64,000 nucleotides of DNA from Paraspadella gotoi (lineage: Eukaryota; Animalia; Chaetognatha): the NCBI GenBank assembly GCA_051294375.1, contig CM119269.1, positions 23,231,497-23,295,496 of the forward strand. The letters run 5' to 3'. A program made the position numbers and the translations under genes. Below, piece by piece: positions 51,797 through 64,000 of this stretch (the first letter of the stretch is position 1; the number at the start of each line of letters is the position of its first letter). The notes under the pieces are model-generated. The model was not told where the DNA came from. It worked only from the letters and a program-made list of their open reading frames with translations, and made no database searches.

Positions 51797-53977
51797 GACA
51801 CAATGAAAAATGGCGTAACGTTAACTTGTTCCGTGCATAAAAAAAATTCACTGTTCAATATTATTATACTTCTTTTTATTTTTGAAACGTTATAGTTTCA
51901 TATGCTGATATCCAAAATATCAATGCAAAATCTTTTTTGTTTTTTGGTATATGACTGAATATAGGGTGAAAGATGATAAATTTTTTAAAAGTTACTTATT
52001 CATATTTATTCATAGAATTGTAATAGAAAAAAAATAATAGTACTAATAGTTAGTGTTATGTCTCAAATAGATGGAAAAAAAAACCTCATTTAAAAATTCG
52101 ATCGGGAAGTGGGTAACTAAGGCTTACCAATGGCATCCTCCACGCATTGTTCTCTCAAATAATTTTTTTTATTTAATACATTTGAAAGGGAAAAAAAGAA
52201 AATTTGGAATGCAGGTTGCAGAAAGGGTACAGATAATCTGGACTTATTGACATGATAACCATCTTTTAATATCTTGTGAAATGGGGGCAGTAAAGAAATC
52301 AAAAATTTTATCATTAAGTCAGTCAATGAACCCTTTCCAATGGGCTATTACAAAAAATATTTTTTCTTAATTAAAATGGATGATAAATAATAAAATTAAT
52401 TCCTTGCTATATAAAAAAAAATTATCAAAAAATTAACACAATGATGTTTTGCTTTGTCAAATATGTTACCAGCTATATAATTTTTTACAACTTTATATTG
52501 ATAAACAAGCAGTGTGTAAGCTTTTAGTTTGCAATTAAAGATAATGAAAAATGACAATTTTTTTTCACAGACAAGAAGGTAGATGTCCAGACTGTTTATA
52601 TCAAGCTGAAAACATTTTTGTATTTATCATTTTAATATTTAAAAATATATTATCAAGCTACAAATAAATTTTTGCTTGTTTTTACTTTAACTGAAAAATA
52701 TAAGCAATTTTATTAAATAAAAAAATTATAATAAACAAAATGTAATTCAGTCTTTCCTTTTTCAAATTACAAAGAAAAAAGAAAAATTCATATGTTTTCA
52801 TTGAAATTTTTAAAGCAAAAAACTGTTATACTTTAACTCTGATTTAAACAAAAGCTGTGTAAAGATTTATGGATTTAATTTAATAAAACTCTTTTAGAAA
52901 GTGGCCCATGTTAGGGCTTTAATTTGATACCACATCCACCTTGCTACCTCTCTTCTTTCAAAAGTATTTAAAAAATAAGTTTTTTAAATTACGCAGTACA
53001 AATCTTTGTTAAATAAAAATTTCGGCAAAGCGGGAGTATCTCACTTATTTCTGTGGTACAATACTTAAATTTCAAAATAAAACTTGATGAAAATTTTTTA
53101 GTCATTTAGAGACATATCACTTTCAGATGTACCCATCGTATAATAATTTATTATTTATTTTCCCCAAAAAAGCCTAATTAGAAAAGTTGAAATTTTTTCA
53201 ATTGTTGGGAAAAAAAATTTCATGACTATGCTCATTGAGAATAATGGTTTTGCATAGAAAATTAAAATATCAAAAAAATTAAAAAATCAGCCTCTAGAAA
53301 TCGAAAGGCTTGAGGCTGATTTTTTTAGAATTGCAAATTTTTTTTCCTGACTCATAATCCATTATTCTCAATTTTAAATATTTTTTTCCAAATCATTCAA
53401 TCAATTTTTTTTTATTAATTTAAATGTTTTTATGATGTTGTTTTGTTTGAAAGAATTGAAATAAGTGAAAAATATAGTAATTATATAAGGTTTTTGAAAT
53501 ACCTTTAAAATATTAATAAATTAGACACAAGGGAGTAAGCAGAGAAAACTCCCATTCATAAAGAAAATTGAAAATGAATTTGTCATATTGTTATTTAGAT
53601 TAATTAACTAATTACAAACAAATGATTCATATAAATTGAGGAAATGATGGGAAAAAATAATTCATCTTGGTCTGGGTAACTATTAGGTTATCGTTAAAGT
53701 TTTGTTTTTAATAATATTAATATTTTTTTGCATTTATAAAAAGCAATGGTCTAAAATTTTGTAAGCGTTTCGAGCTATTTGCTTCATCTTTTTTTACTAT
53801 TTTTTGATCTAGTTAGCTTTTTTGTTGATGCGTCAATGGTTATGGTCAGATTACAGATATGTCAGTAGGTATATCGCACATATTACAAAAGTAGTGATCA
53901 ATTAATTTGGCTCAGAAACGATTTTAAAGGGACAAAATCAGCACGAGACGTTTCGCCACGTTATTTTTCATTGTGTC
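51797..53977. mobile_element. Non-autonomous DNA transposon, ~2.2 kb
   Basis: TIRs GACACAATGAAAAAT/ATTTTTCATTGTGTC, flanking direct repeat TTATTTAT (low complexity), internal palindrome at about 53230-53375. Confidence 0.6.
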
Positions 53978-55245
53978 TTATTTATTTTAAAATCGCGCAT
54001 GTCCGGATATGAAAATATCATAGCAAAATATAAAAAAAATTCTGCCAGGAAAATAAAATTACAAATAATAGACAATAGATAATTTTACTATTTTGTTGTG
54101 ATAATAAAATATATTTTGCGGGGTTTATAATCGTAGCCAATGATTAAAAAACTGAGGGAGAATTAGTTTTTTCTTTAAAAATATTTTAAAATCTGTTTCA
54201 TAGAAAATTATTAGATTTTAGACAAAAAAGTAAATCTCGCGCGTTTAAAGTCTTCCAGAGTTTTGGGAAAAAAACGAGTTTTCTACTAAGGTGTTCATTA
54301 ATCTTATTTTTTTAAAAACTGTCTCCATTCGCCCACTGTTACATTTGTACGAAATGTAAAGTTGAACTTACGAATCGTAAAGATCGACTCAAACGGAGAA
54401 ATTCTTAAAAAAACGAACTTTGTTACATTTTTAACATTCTTACAAATAAATACATTTTTTGTTGAATTTTATATCTTTCATCACTATTTTCACGTTAATT
54501 AATATCACACACAGAAAAAACCAACAAAAACGGGAAAGTTGTTTCGGCACATCAGAACGAATTACAAATTATTTACAATATATACAGTGGATATACATTA
54601 ACTTTCATATTTTTTCTTTAATCACTTTCTCTCTCTTTGTAGTTTCAAGTCAGTTTATCGGATAACTTATATATTCTCACAAAAACTCATTCACGTTTTT
54701 TAATCAGCAAAAATTCATTTTGAATTTTACTATTTATTAAATTCATCAAAAATTTTCGCTGCTCGTGTAATTTTCACTCATTTGATAAAAAAGTAATTTT
54801 TGATTCAGATTTTTTCACTGAATCTGTTTTAAAAATTAGGGTCAGTATGTTTGTTCGTTAGATTTAAAATTGAACTCACGATTAATCAATTTTTTTGATA
54901 CTACATTTGGTTTTTTTTTAATCTATCATTTATTATACAAGAAAAGTTTTGAATGTATTTCTTAAATTCAAACAAATCAATGTTTAATTTTATAAAAATA
55001 TTATTTTTCACTGATGTATTGTAACAATCCTTGTTTTTACTCTTATTCGAAATTAAATAAAAATGTTTTAAAATGTTTTCCGCTTATTTATCAGGGTTTT
55101 TAGTTTAAAAACCGCGGGCTTAATATTTTGGAGCTAATGTATGGTTTGAACGAGTAACATGTCTTGTCATTGACAAACACATGGACATTCCATTCTTGTC
55201 TCTACCAACTTGTTTCCCACGATCTCTCTCTTTCTCTCTAACTCA

Positions 55246-55388
<143 letters not shown>

Positions 55389-55719
55389 ACGAAACTCAAT
55401 TTTCTTCACCTGTCGTCGTTAGGGCGTTCGGCTCAACCTCTAACCTCAACTCTCACCTTTTCTTTCTTTCTTTCTTTCCTTCCTTCCTTCTCTTCCTTCT
55501 TTCCTTCCTTCTTCTTCCTTCCTTTCTTCTTTCCTTTCTTCCTTCCTTTCCTTTCCTCTTTCCTTCCCTTCCTCTTCCTTTTCCTTCCTCCTTCTTTTTC
55601 TTTCTCCTTCCTTGTCCTCCTTCCTTCCTTTCCTCCTTCCTTCCTTCCTTTCCTTCCTTCCTTCCTTCCTTCGTTCCTTTGTAATGACTTACCTGTTTGC
55701 TAATTATTAACTAAAATAA

Positions 55720-55973
55720 CTTTCTTAGCACGCGTACGCACTGCATCTTTTATTCTTTATATTTTTAGAATGTCCTGAAAGCGGCGCTAGCAGTCACTTA
55801 GATTTGAAGTTTTATCTTATCTTAACGAATGAGCAACCAACTAGATGCGAGTTATGAGCATTTTTAACGTTAGTGGGACAGACCAACGGACAGACATACC
55901 GACCGACCGACTAACGAACATACCGACAGACCGAAAGAGCGACCGAAAAGAGACTCGCGGCGCAACTAAAAAG
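55720..55973 (-). mobile_element. HINE/Helitron-like element, second copy
   Basis: gcgctagcagtcacttagattt..gaccaacggacagacataccgaccgaccga..cgcggcgcaactaaaaa is the reverse homolog of 13985-14790. Confidence 0.55.
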
Positions 55974-57595
55974 AGACAGACTCTTTCTGACTTTGAAAAC
56001 ACAAAATGTTCTTCATTGAAGGAGAAATTTTTATTTTCTGCACAGAAAAAAAATATGAATAAAATAATCGATGCTTGCTTCGTCCTTTAAAAGGACAGAT
56101 GCTTGTGCAATAACCTATTCGTTTTATTTCGAATTTAACATGGTTGATTCATTATAAACAATAACAGCAAGTAAAACTAGAACTAACGTGAACGAACAAG
56201 GTGAATGTAAAGACAACATGTTAAGCTGAAGTTTAGCTTACTCAGTTGAAGATAACATTTTAAAAATAGCAGCTTGGATTAGATAAACGCACTAAGTGGC
56301 TGCTTGGTTTGTCATTTGTGATATCAGTAGATGCCATCATATCTGCTTGTAAGTTAAGTTAAGTTACCAATGCGCATATGTTAAAATATGTTAAAATATG
56401 TTAAAATATGAGGCTGCCCGTCCTATGAGTCTGACGAAGGAAAATGAGTTTGTCCCTCAGTCAAAATGCTTGTTTATGTTTATGCTTGTTTATGTTTATG
56501 CTTGACTATCATCAGCATTTGTTTTTTCGATACAAGAAAAACGACGCCAGGGACAAATTATTCCACGTCAGGATTGATTGATTGATTATCATAAACTTGT
56601 GTCAAAAACACGCTCGGGAAAATTAAATGAATTTTTAAAAAGTTCATTGTTCTCTATTTATCTTAAGTTGAAATTTATTCATTTAATCTATGAATTTTAG
56701 TTAAAAAAACCACGTAAATACAATAAAGTTTATTTCAAATAGAATATTTAGAATGAAAACATGCAACGCTATTTTAATAAAATTTTACAGGAATTAGACA
56801 TTAGAGGAGAACTAAGCTAACATCAAAAAATGTATATCACATCTAGGACAAAAATTTAAAACATTCCACAAGAAATACAATTAGGAAATAATGGCGTTTT
56901 GTCATCCAATGAAAAACAACACACATTTAAAAAACATTTAAATTGTCTTTTTGAAATGGGTTTCGCTGCACATTTAAATAATACAGAAATATTATTACAA
57001 TAGTAGTATATTACTACTTTTTGAATACAAATGAAATGGTTATTGTATATTTAATTAAAGCTAAAGAGTAAGAATTGAATTTAACTAAGCAGTGCACATT
57101 TAGAATAATGATTAAGTTCAGAAAGGGAATAAGATAGAAGAATGGATGCTAAAAAAAGGGAGAGATAGAAAAAGAGAGGGAGAGAGAGAGAAAGAGAAAG
57201 AGAGAAAAAGAAAGAGAAAGAGAGATACAAAAATAAATAGAGAGAAAGATAAAGAAAGAGAGAGAGAAAGAGAGAGAAAGAGAAAGACATAGAGAGAAAG
57301 TGAAAGAGAGAGATAAAGAGAAAGAGAGAGAGAAAGTGAGAGAGAGAGAAGATAGTTTCCTGACATTTTGACCTTTGTCCTAATAAACTATCAACGCTTT
57401 TTGACTGGTAGTCTTTTTTCCCAACCGCTTAAACGCTCAGCGACATGAACTTAACTTTGACCTTATTTTCCTAGAGTGTCCTATTTCTTTTTAAATTCGC
57501 AATTAAGTTAGTTTTTAAGTTTAAAAATTAAGTTACAGGTTAGGGTTTTGGATTAATATTACGGATTTAAGATTTTAAGAATTATAGTTAGGTAT

Positions 57596-57874
57596 CAGTA
57601 TAAAAGGAGATTGACCGATGCGGGTTTATTACCCCTCTACTTCTCATTCACCTCCTCTTCATCCTCCTCCAAGGGATTCGGGGCCGCGTTCACAAGGTTC
57701 ATTTCACCTTCTCTCTCTTTTCCTTTTTCACACTCATGATTTTTGTTATCGTATAGATTATCCTGCCGTCAATATATATTTTCCCGCATTCTCGTGACTT
57801 TACTTCCGGTTAGGATACCTTTTCAGAGTGGCGCCCAATGTGGGGCTCAAACCCATGACCCCAGGATTAAGAGT
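57596..57874 (-). mobile_element. Repeat headed by the 3' half of tRNA-Lys(CTT) including CCA (SINE-like or LTR+PBS relic)
   Basis: Minus strand 57874-57829 reads ACTCTTAATCCTGGGGTCATGGGTTTGAGCCCCACATTGGGCGCCA; the body is homologous to 60090-60335. Confidence 0.7.
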
Positions 57875-58026
57875 TCTTTTCAGAGGGTATATTACTTTTG
57901 TAACAGATTAAAGTAAAAATTAAGTTTTAAGATTAAGAAAATGAAATGAGGCGTTTTTGGAAAAGAGAGCTTTAAATTTTAACTTGTTAACCTTTCATCT
58001 CCTTAACTCCATTCCCTCTTCTCTCT

Positions 58027-61000
58027 TCAAGGCAATCCCGCAGGATAATGCTGAATATAAGGCTTGGGCACTTTTTGTACCTCCTCCGCCGGTCGTGACC
58101 CAAGCTTTAACAATCTGGCCTGTTCCTTCTCAAGCTGAGTCAGCTTGTCCCTCTCGGCTCTGACCCGCTCCTGTTGCCGCTTCAGTCCTAGTAGCAACTC
58201 CTCCCTCTGTGTCTGAGCTTGCTTCAGTTCAGCCCTCATCTGCTGGTAGTGCACTTCCAGCTCCTCTTCTTCCTGGCTACACTTGATCATCTCGTTGTTC
58301 AGGTGCTGCGAGTTCTGCTTGTGCACGTCCTGGAGCAGGGCGCCCATTTTGTTCAGCTCCTGTTCTTCCTTGCGACAAACTCGCTCCACTTCCTTCACAG
58401 CGGCCGTCAGTTCCTTGGAGGAGAGAGAGAGAGAGAGGTGATTGGTTAAGATAGGATTCTTCATCATCATCATAATTATCATCATCATTTTTATTATCAT
58501 CATCATCATCATCATCATCATCATTATCATCATCATCAACTATAAATCAATTACATTATTTCGGCTTTATTTTCTCAGAAAGCCGGAATTTAATTTTAAT
58601 CTTAATATTTATAGAAGAGTTGAAATGGATTCAACAACGATTTTCTTGTTCAAGCCTTCATCATGCTTGAACAAGAGCCGAAACATTTCCGTTATTATTA
58701 TTGTTTCAAATAAATCATTGTTGTCTGGTGGTCCTATTGTAGATTCGAACCCGAGATTAACGATCCACTCGGATCCATGCTAACTGATTAGCCATCTCAG
58801 ATTGATATATTTCTTATTTTGAAACTTCCTTATTATCAATTAAAATCATTTTAAAACTAGACAAATGAACAACCTATTTTTCAAGCAAATCAGCTGACTC
58901 AAGAGAAACTAATTCTTTAGTTCTGCTTGGAAAACAATTTCACTTAATCACAATTTAGTAACTCAACTGGAACCCATTATCGTTACTAATTTATTACTTA
59001 TTAATTATTTATGATGTTTGCCATTTTACTTGTTATTAATTTAATAATTAATTGATTGATTTATTTTGCTGTTTAGTCATATAGATATTGTAATTGCTTG
59101 ATGATAAAGCAATGGAATATCTATATGCTTTGATTATTTTATTAAGGTTGCTTTTTATTCATTAACCAAGCAAGTTGGTTTAAAAGCTTTTAATTCAAAG
59201 CTTGTAAACTTTGCAATCATTCCGAGATCCAAGACGCTCGTCAACTTCGTTGGATGACGCGCCACCTCAAAGTGAATTCAGGCCGCGCCATCTACACTAT
59301 CACCACAGATGGATTAAAGCTGTTTCTTTCACAGCGCCTCAGTGGCTCAGTGGACTAATGCACCATCCCAATGTGCGTCCCTGGTTCGAGCCCTGAGGTT
59401 GTCATGTAGAAAGTGGGATGGACCGGGTAACCCGCCTGTAGGCATGGGCCTACTGCCAGATCCAAAGCTCTGGACTACATGAACATGCTGTCTCGCTGTC
59501 GCCACGAGGTGACACCGCTGCGGGTGTGGCGCCCTGTAAAACCAGCCTCTTCAATGGTGAGCCCGACGTGATCCCGAACACGCAACCCGGCTGATAATAC
59601 TCCTCTGCCCTTGATGTGGTTTGAGCTACACAGCTGCACTCAAAGCAGGGCCACCAGAATGAAGAGAGGTTCAGCGGAGAGACATGCGCTTCATCCCCCT
59701 GCTTCGTACTCTCATATGCGAGAGTCCTGGGGGGGCTGTCTGGTGGTCCTATCACCACAGATGGATTAAAGCTGTTTTCTTTCACAGCGCCTCAGTGGCT
59801 CAGTGGACTAATGCACCATCCCAATGTGCGTCCCTGGTTCGAGCCCTGAGGTTGTCATGTAGAAAGTGGGATGGACGGCGGGTAACCCGCCTGTAGGCAT
59901 GGGCCTACTGCCAGATCCAAAGCTCTGGACTACATGAACATGCTGTCTCGCTGTCGCCACGAGTGACACCACCGCTGCGGTGTGGCGCCCTGTAAAACTC
60001 AGCCCTCTCAGTTGAATCCATTTCAAACTCGTCTCTAAATCTCAACCACAACGAAACAAAAGGATTATAATATCTAATCTTAATATTTACAGTATATAAG
60101 GTGATAGACAGACGCGGGTCTATTACCCCCTCCTTCTCATTCACCTCCTCTTCATCCTCCTCCCAGGGATTCGGGGCCGCGTTCACGAGATTCAGTTCAC
60201 CTTTCTCTCTTCTCCTACTCGTCTCTCTCCCTTTTTTTACCCTCATTTTTGTCTTCATATAGATTTTCTTTCCATCAATATATTAGTTTCCCACATTCTC
60301 GTCACTTTACTTCCGGTTAGGATACCTTTTCAGAGATTTAACCTAAACCTGTGTTTAAATTTAAAACTCAATCAATTACCCTAATCTAAAATTTTAACAT
60401 TATCTTAAACTCAAAACCTGAATACTTATCCATAATTTTTAACCCTAACCCCTAAACATAAACTTCTGTCCCTAACCCTAATTCCTAATCATAATTGCTA
60501 ACCTCATCCCTAAGAAAAATTATAAACCTAATTAATTAATCCCTAACCTTAACTTTAACCTAGTTCCCAATTAAAGATAAAATGGGTCGTTCTTGGAAAT
60601 TAATGCTTTTCTTCTCACCTTCTCCACAGTCTCTCCTTTTTCCACAGCCCTCATCACGTGATTGACATGGTCGTCATGTTCCCTAAACTTGGCGTGGAGA
60701 TCCCTGCGTTTGAAATCCTCCAAGGCCCTGGCTTCCTTGGCATCTCTCTCTTTTCGTCTTCCAGCCAACTCGCTTGTCCGCGATTTGAGGCGTCGCTTTG
60801 AGTGAAGTTCGATCTCCGTCTCTAGGGCGACCTCTTTGAAGCGGACCTTGGGAAGGGTAATACATCATTTCATTTACGGTTATTAGTTACTATTTATAAT
60901 TAATACTAATATATTATTGTAAAAATGATTTAAAATTATCTTAAAGACTTTTTTCTTTGGCACAACCAAAATTAAAAGATTTTTTTTTAATTAAAAATCC

Positions 61001-61873
61001 TATCATATCAGTTTGAATAAATATTTTTCATTATTTCGACACGTTAGGCAAAAACATAGTTTTAGAGTAACTAACTTAATTCCAAATTCAAGGTGAAATG
61101 GGTCATTCTGGGAAAAGAGAGCCCTACTTTTGTCTCTAATTCTTCTTCTCTTATTTTTCTTCTTTGTTTTTGATTGTCATCTGCTTTTTGTCTAATGTCC
61201 CTTTTGTCCAAATCGTGCTCTCGTTCGCGCGAAGTTAATGTGTCCTTAAAGATAAAATTATGTTTATAAAATTGGTTAATAGAAAAGATATCCATTCAAT
61301 TACTTGTCCCTGACTTTTAACAGGCAAACAAGATAAATATAAAGCAGGACCCTGCAAGCTTTTAATCAAGACAGTCTCACAGTCTCGTTTATTCACTCCC
61401 AGATTACCTGGCTTCCATATCAATAAAGTAGTATCATATTTCAAACAATGTTTCAATTGTATAAAAGAATCACTCCCTCATGAAATAGAGAATCCACACG
61501 TCTTTTGATTTAATCCTCTCTGTTATTTATGCAAAAAAGTTAATTCCTAAGTTTAAAGGGAGACTAATGCCAAATTTAAAATTCATGGAAAGAAAACTCT
61601 TAGGCTTAGCTTGTCTGCTTTTAACTGTCGCCTTCTCTCTTTCTTTCTCTTTATTTTTTGCTCTCTTTCTTTCTATTTCTTTTTTGCTCTCTCTCTCTCA
61701 CTCTCTCTCTAACTCTCTCTACCTCTCTCTACCTCTCTCTTTCTCTCTCTCTCTCTCTCCTTCTCTCTCTCCCTCTCTCTCTCTCTTTCTCCTCTTCACC
61801 TGCAATGTTTTTGCTTCTTTTTCCCGTCGCTTGCCTGTTCTATCTTCTCTTGTGTCTCTCTATCTCACTCACT

Positions 61874-61905
<32 letters not shown>

Positions 61906-63340
61906 CTCTTTACCTGCAATGTCTTTGCTTCTTTTTCCAGTTTCCGCTTTGCTCTTTCAATCTTCTCTGCTTTCTTTCCAAAAGCTTCGGTCTCAGATTC
62001 CAGTTTGGATCGAACCTGCAATGTCATTCTATGTCATTCAATCATCAATGTTGTAATTATTCTATCAAAATATCACAAAATCATCAATGACTCAATTAAA
62101 CTACTAAAAGATATAGAAAGGCATTGTCAAAGCGAAAATATGCCCAATAACAAAACAGAACATAAATCAATGGGACTTGAAATAATTTTCTAATATATGC
62201 AAATGAGATTGAGGAATTCAATCTCATTTAGTAATATTCTAAGAATCTGTCTTTTACAATTTATCAAATTAAAAAACAAAATTTAAATTATCCTTTTTTC
62301 AACTCCATTGTCTAAATAAAAAAAATGGCACCTGTGCTGACTCTCGGGCGCGGTGTACCTCGTCGTCTTTGAAGGTGGCGCTCACAGCGTCCTCTTGTTG
62401 TCGCTTTTTTAAAACCTAAAAACAAAATGACAAAGTAAAAAAAAAAGTCTGAAAGAGCCAATTCCCCCAACTAATTCTACAGCTTCATTTTTACATCATT
62501 CTAGCCACATTCTCTCTACATTCTCACCTCTGAGCAAAGAGCAATGGCCAGTTTCCCAACTCTTTCTGCAGCCTCATTCTCTTTTTCTTCTAGCTGCATT
62601 CTCTCTATATTCTCACCTCTGAGCAAAGAGCAATGGCCAGTTCTCCCAACTCTTTCTGCAGCCTCATTCTCTTTTATTCTAGCTGCATTCTCTCTATATT
62701 CTCACCTCTGAGCAAAGAGCAATGGCCAGTTCTCCCAACTCTTTCTGCAGCCTCATTCTCTTTTTATTCTAGCTGCATTCTCTCTACATTCTCACCTCTG
62801 AGCAAAGAGCAATGGCCAGTTCTCCCAACTCTTTCTGCAGCCTCATTCTCTTTTATTCTAGCTTCATTTCTCTTACATTCTCACCTCTGAGCAAAGAGCA
62901 ATGGCACGTTCTCCCAACTCTTTCTGCAGCCTCATTCTCTTTTTATTCTAGCTGCATTCTCTCTACATTCTCACCTCTGAGCAAAGAGCAATGGCCAGTT
63001 CTCCCAACTCTTTCTGCAGCCTCATTCTCTTTTTATTCTAGCTGCATTCTCTCATACATCTCACCTCTGAGCAAAGAGCAATGGCCAGTTCTCCCAACTC
63101 TTTCTGAAGCCTCATTCTCTTTTATTCTAGCTTCATCTCTCTACATTCTCACCTCTGAGCAAAGAGCAATGGGCCAGTTCTCCCAACTCTTTCTGCAGCC
63201 TCATTCTCTCTGTCTCCTTCTTCCTCAGTTTTGCTTCAAAATCTTCAACGAGTCTTTCGACTTCGATTCTTTTCATTTGCATCTCTTCTTCTTTTCCTCT
63301 GTAGCGACGACTTAAGTCCGTCTCATTGAGAAGAGCTTTT
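58027..63340 (-). CDS. Uncharacterised coiled-coil protein, partial (5' end probably outside the window)
   Basis: GT-AG exons 63340-63153, 62415-62332, 62015-61914, 61244-61128, 60846-60619, 58413-(58027) encode E/K/R/Q-rich heptads. The 63340 exon needs one base removed to splice in phase. Confidence 0.7.
59403..59481 (+). ncRNA. Type-P5 twister-like ribozyme (LTR1 of TRIM B)
   Basis: P5 CAUGUAG/CUACAUG; GA-UGG pairs with CCA of L4 UCCAAAGC; U^AA at 59428; P3 GUAGGC/GCCUAC; P4 CCAGA/UCUGG. Confidence 0.78.
59856..59936 (+). ncRNA. Type-P5 twister-like ribozyme (LTR2 of TRIM B)
   Basis: Same as the LTR1 copy except the linker is ACGGCGGG; U^AA at 59883. Confidence 0.75.
60090..60335 (-). 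repeat. Second copy of the 57596 repeat body, lacking the tRNA portion
   Basis: Shares ttctcattcacctcctcttcatcctcctc..ggattcggggccgcgttcac..ctttacttccggttaggataccttttcagag. Confidence 0.8.
62455..63208. repeat. 88-90-bp minisatellite made of an exon end plus its splice donor, about 8 copies
   Basis: ctcacctctgagcaaagagcaatgg at 62523, 62612, 62701, 62791, 62880, 62970, 63060 and 63148. Confidence 0.9.
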
Positions 63341-64000
63341 CTGGTGGAGGGAGAGGAAGAGGGAGGAGGAACAGGGCGGAGGGATGAGGAGGGAGGGGGA
63401 AGAGGGAGGGGGAAGAGTGAGGAAGAGTTAGGAGGAGGGAGGGGGAAGAGGGAGGAGGAAGAGGGAGGGAGAAGAGGGAGGAAGGGGGAAGGAAAATTAA
63501 AGCAAAGTAATACAAAGGTGGGAGGAAGGAAATAAAGAAAAGTGAAAGAAAATATAAATAACAAATGAACAAAGGTTGATATGTTAAAGTTAACAGAATT
63601 AGAGAGAGAGTAAATATATTTATATATATATATATAAATATAAATATAAAAATATATTTATATATATATATATATATATATTCAGAATCACATTAAATTT
63701 TTGTATTAAAGTTTTAGTTTGCAGTTGGGGGTTAGGGTTTAAGGTTATGGTTTAAGGTGAGGGTTCAGGGTTATAATTTAGGGTTTAGGGTTAGGGTTAA
63801 GGATTGAGTTATAAAGTTAGAAACATTTTAATTTAAATATTAAGCTTAAAATAAAAGGGATACAGGAACAGAAAGTGCGTGCTCTGAAAAAAGAGACAAA
63901 AAAAAATGGAAAACAAAATTTACTATCTTTTGTATCGATAAAATTTTTTTATCAGTTTTATTACTACAATAAAAAAGGGAAAATATATCGATTTCCTGAA

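Larger units (their letters stand above)
59297..60010 (+). mobile_element. TRIM B with tRNA-like promoter and twister in each LTR
   Basis: LTR1 59297-59553 (5' truncated), PBS TGGTGAGCCCGACGTGAT 59555-59572 (tRNA-Trp type), G-run PPT, LTR2 59737-60010 (TG..CA); A-box TGGCTCAGTGG, B-box GGTTCGAGCC. Confidence 0.88.

Noticed and set aside
56421-56472. CTGACGAAG..CTCAGTCAAAA hammerhead-like string
   Set aside because: GAAA is replaced by AAAA and stems I/III are not evident.
63720-63815. TTAGGG-like tract as a telomere
   Set aside because: Degenerate and interstitial; similar tracts recur inside the TIR-bounded repeats.

Overview
AT-rich, microsatellite-dense invertebrate (metazoan) genomic window with N-gaps and short spliceosomal introns; most listed ORFs are simple-repeat artefacts. 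Hand splicing recovers four genes: a minus-strand ADAM/reprolysin metalloprotease (ATG 17770, HELGHSLGAQHD, disintegrin, Cys-rich), two tandem plus-strand type-II membrane proteins with three C-type lectin domains each (19901-23957, 24301-33170), and part of a minus-strand coiled-coil gene (about 58027-63340). The second lectin gene has an extra CTLD exon and an F5/8C-like exon inside the intron that splits its second CTLD. Several DNA transposons/MITEs and a noisy 4.5-6 kb tandem duplicate (probable assembly artefact) are present. The main discovery is a family of miniature LTR retroelements: two 2-LTR elements with tRNA-Trp PBS and PPT, plus two solo LTRs, with 4-bp TSDs at three of the four insertions. 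Each LTR carries a tRNA-like Pol III promoter followed by a covarying, circularly permuted (type-P5) twister-like ribozyme whose P1 is replaced by a 6-nt self-complementary linker, suggesting dimer-dependent self-cleavage. A minimal Penelope-type hammerhead also lies in an ADAM intron. All structures were read by eye; nothing was computed or searched.
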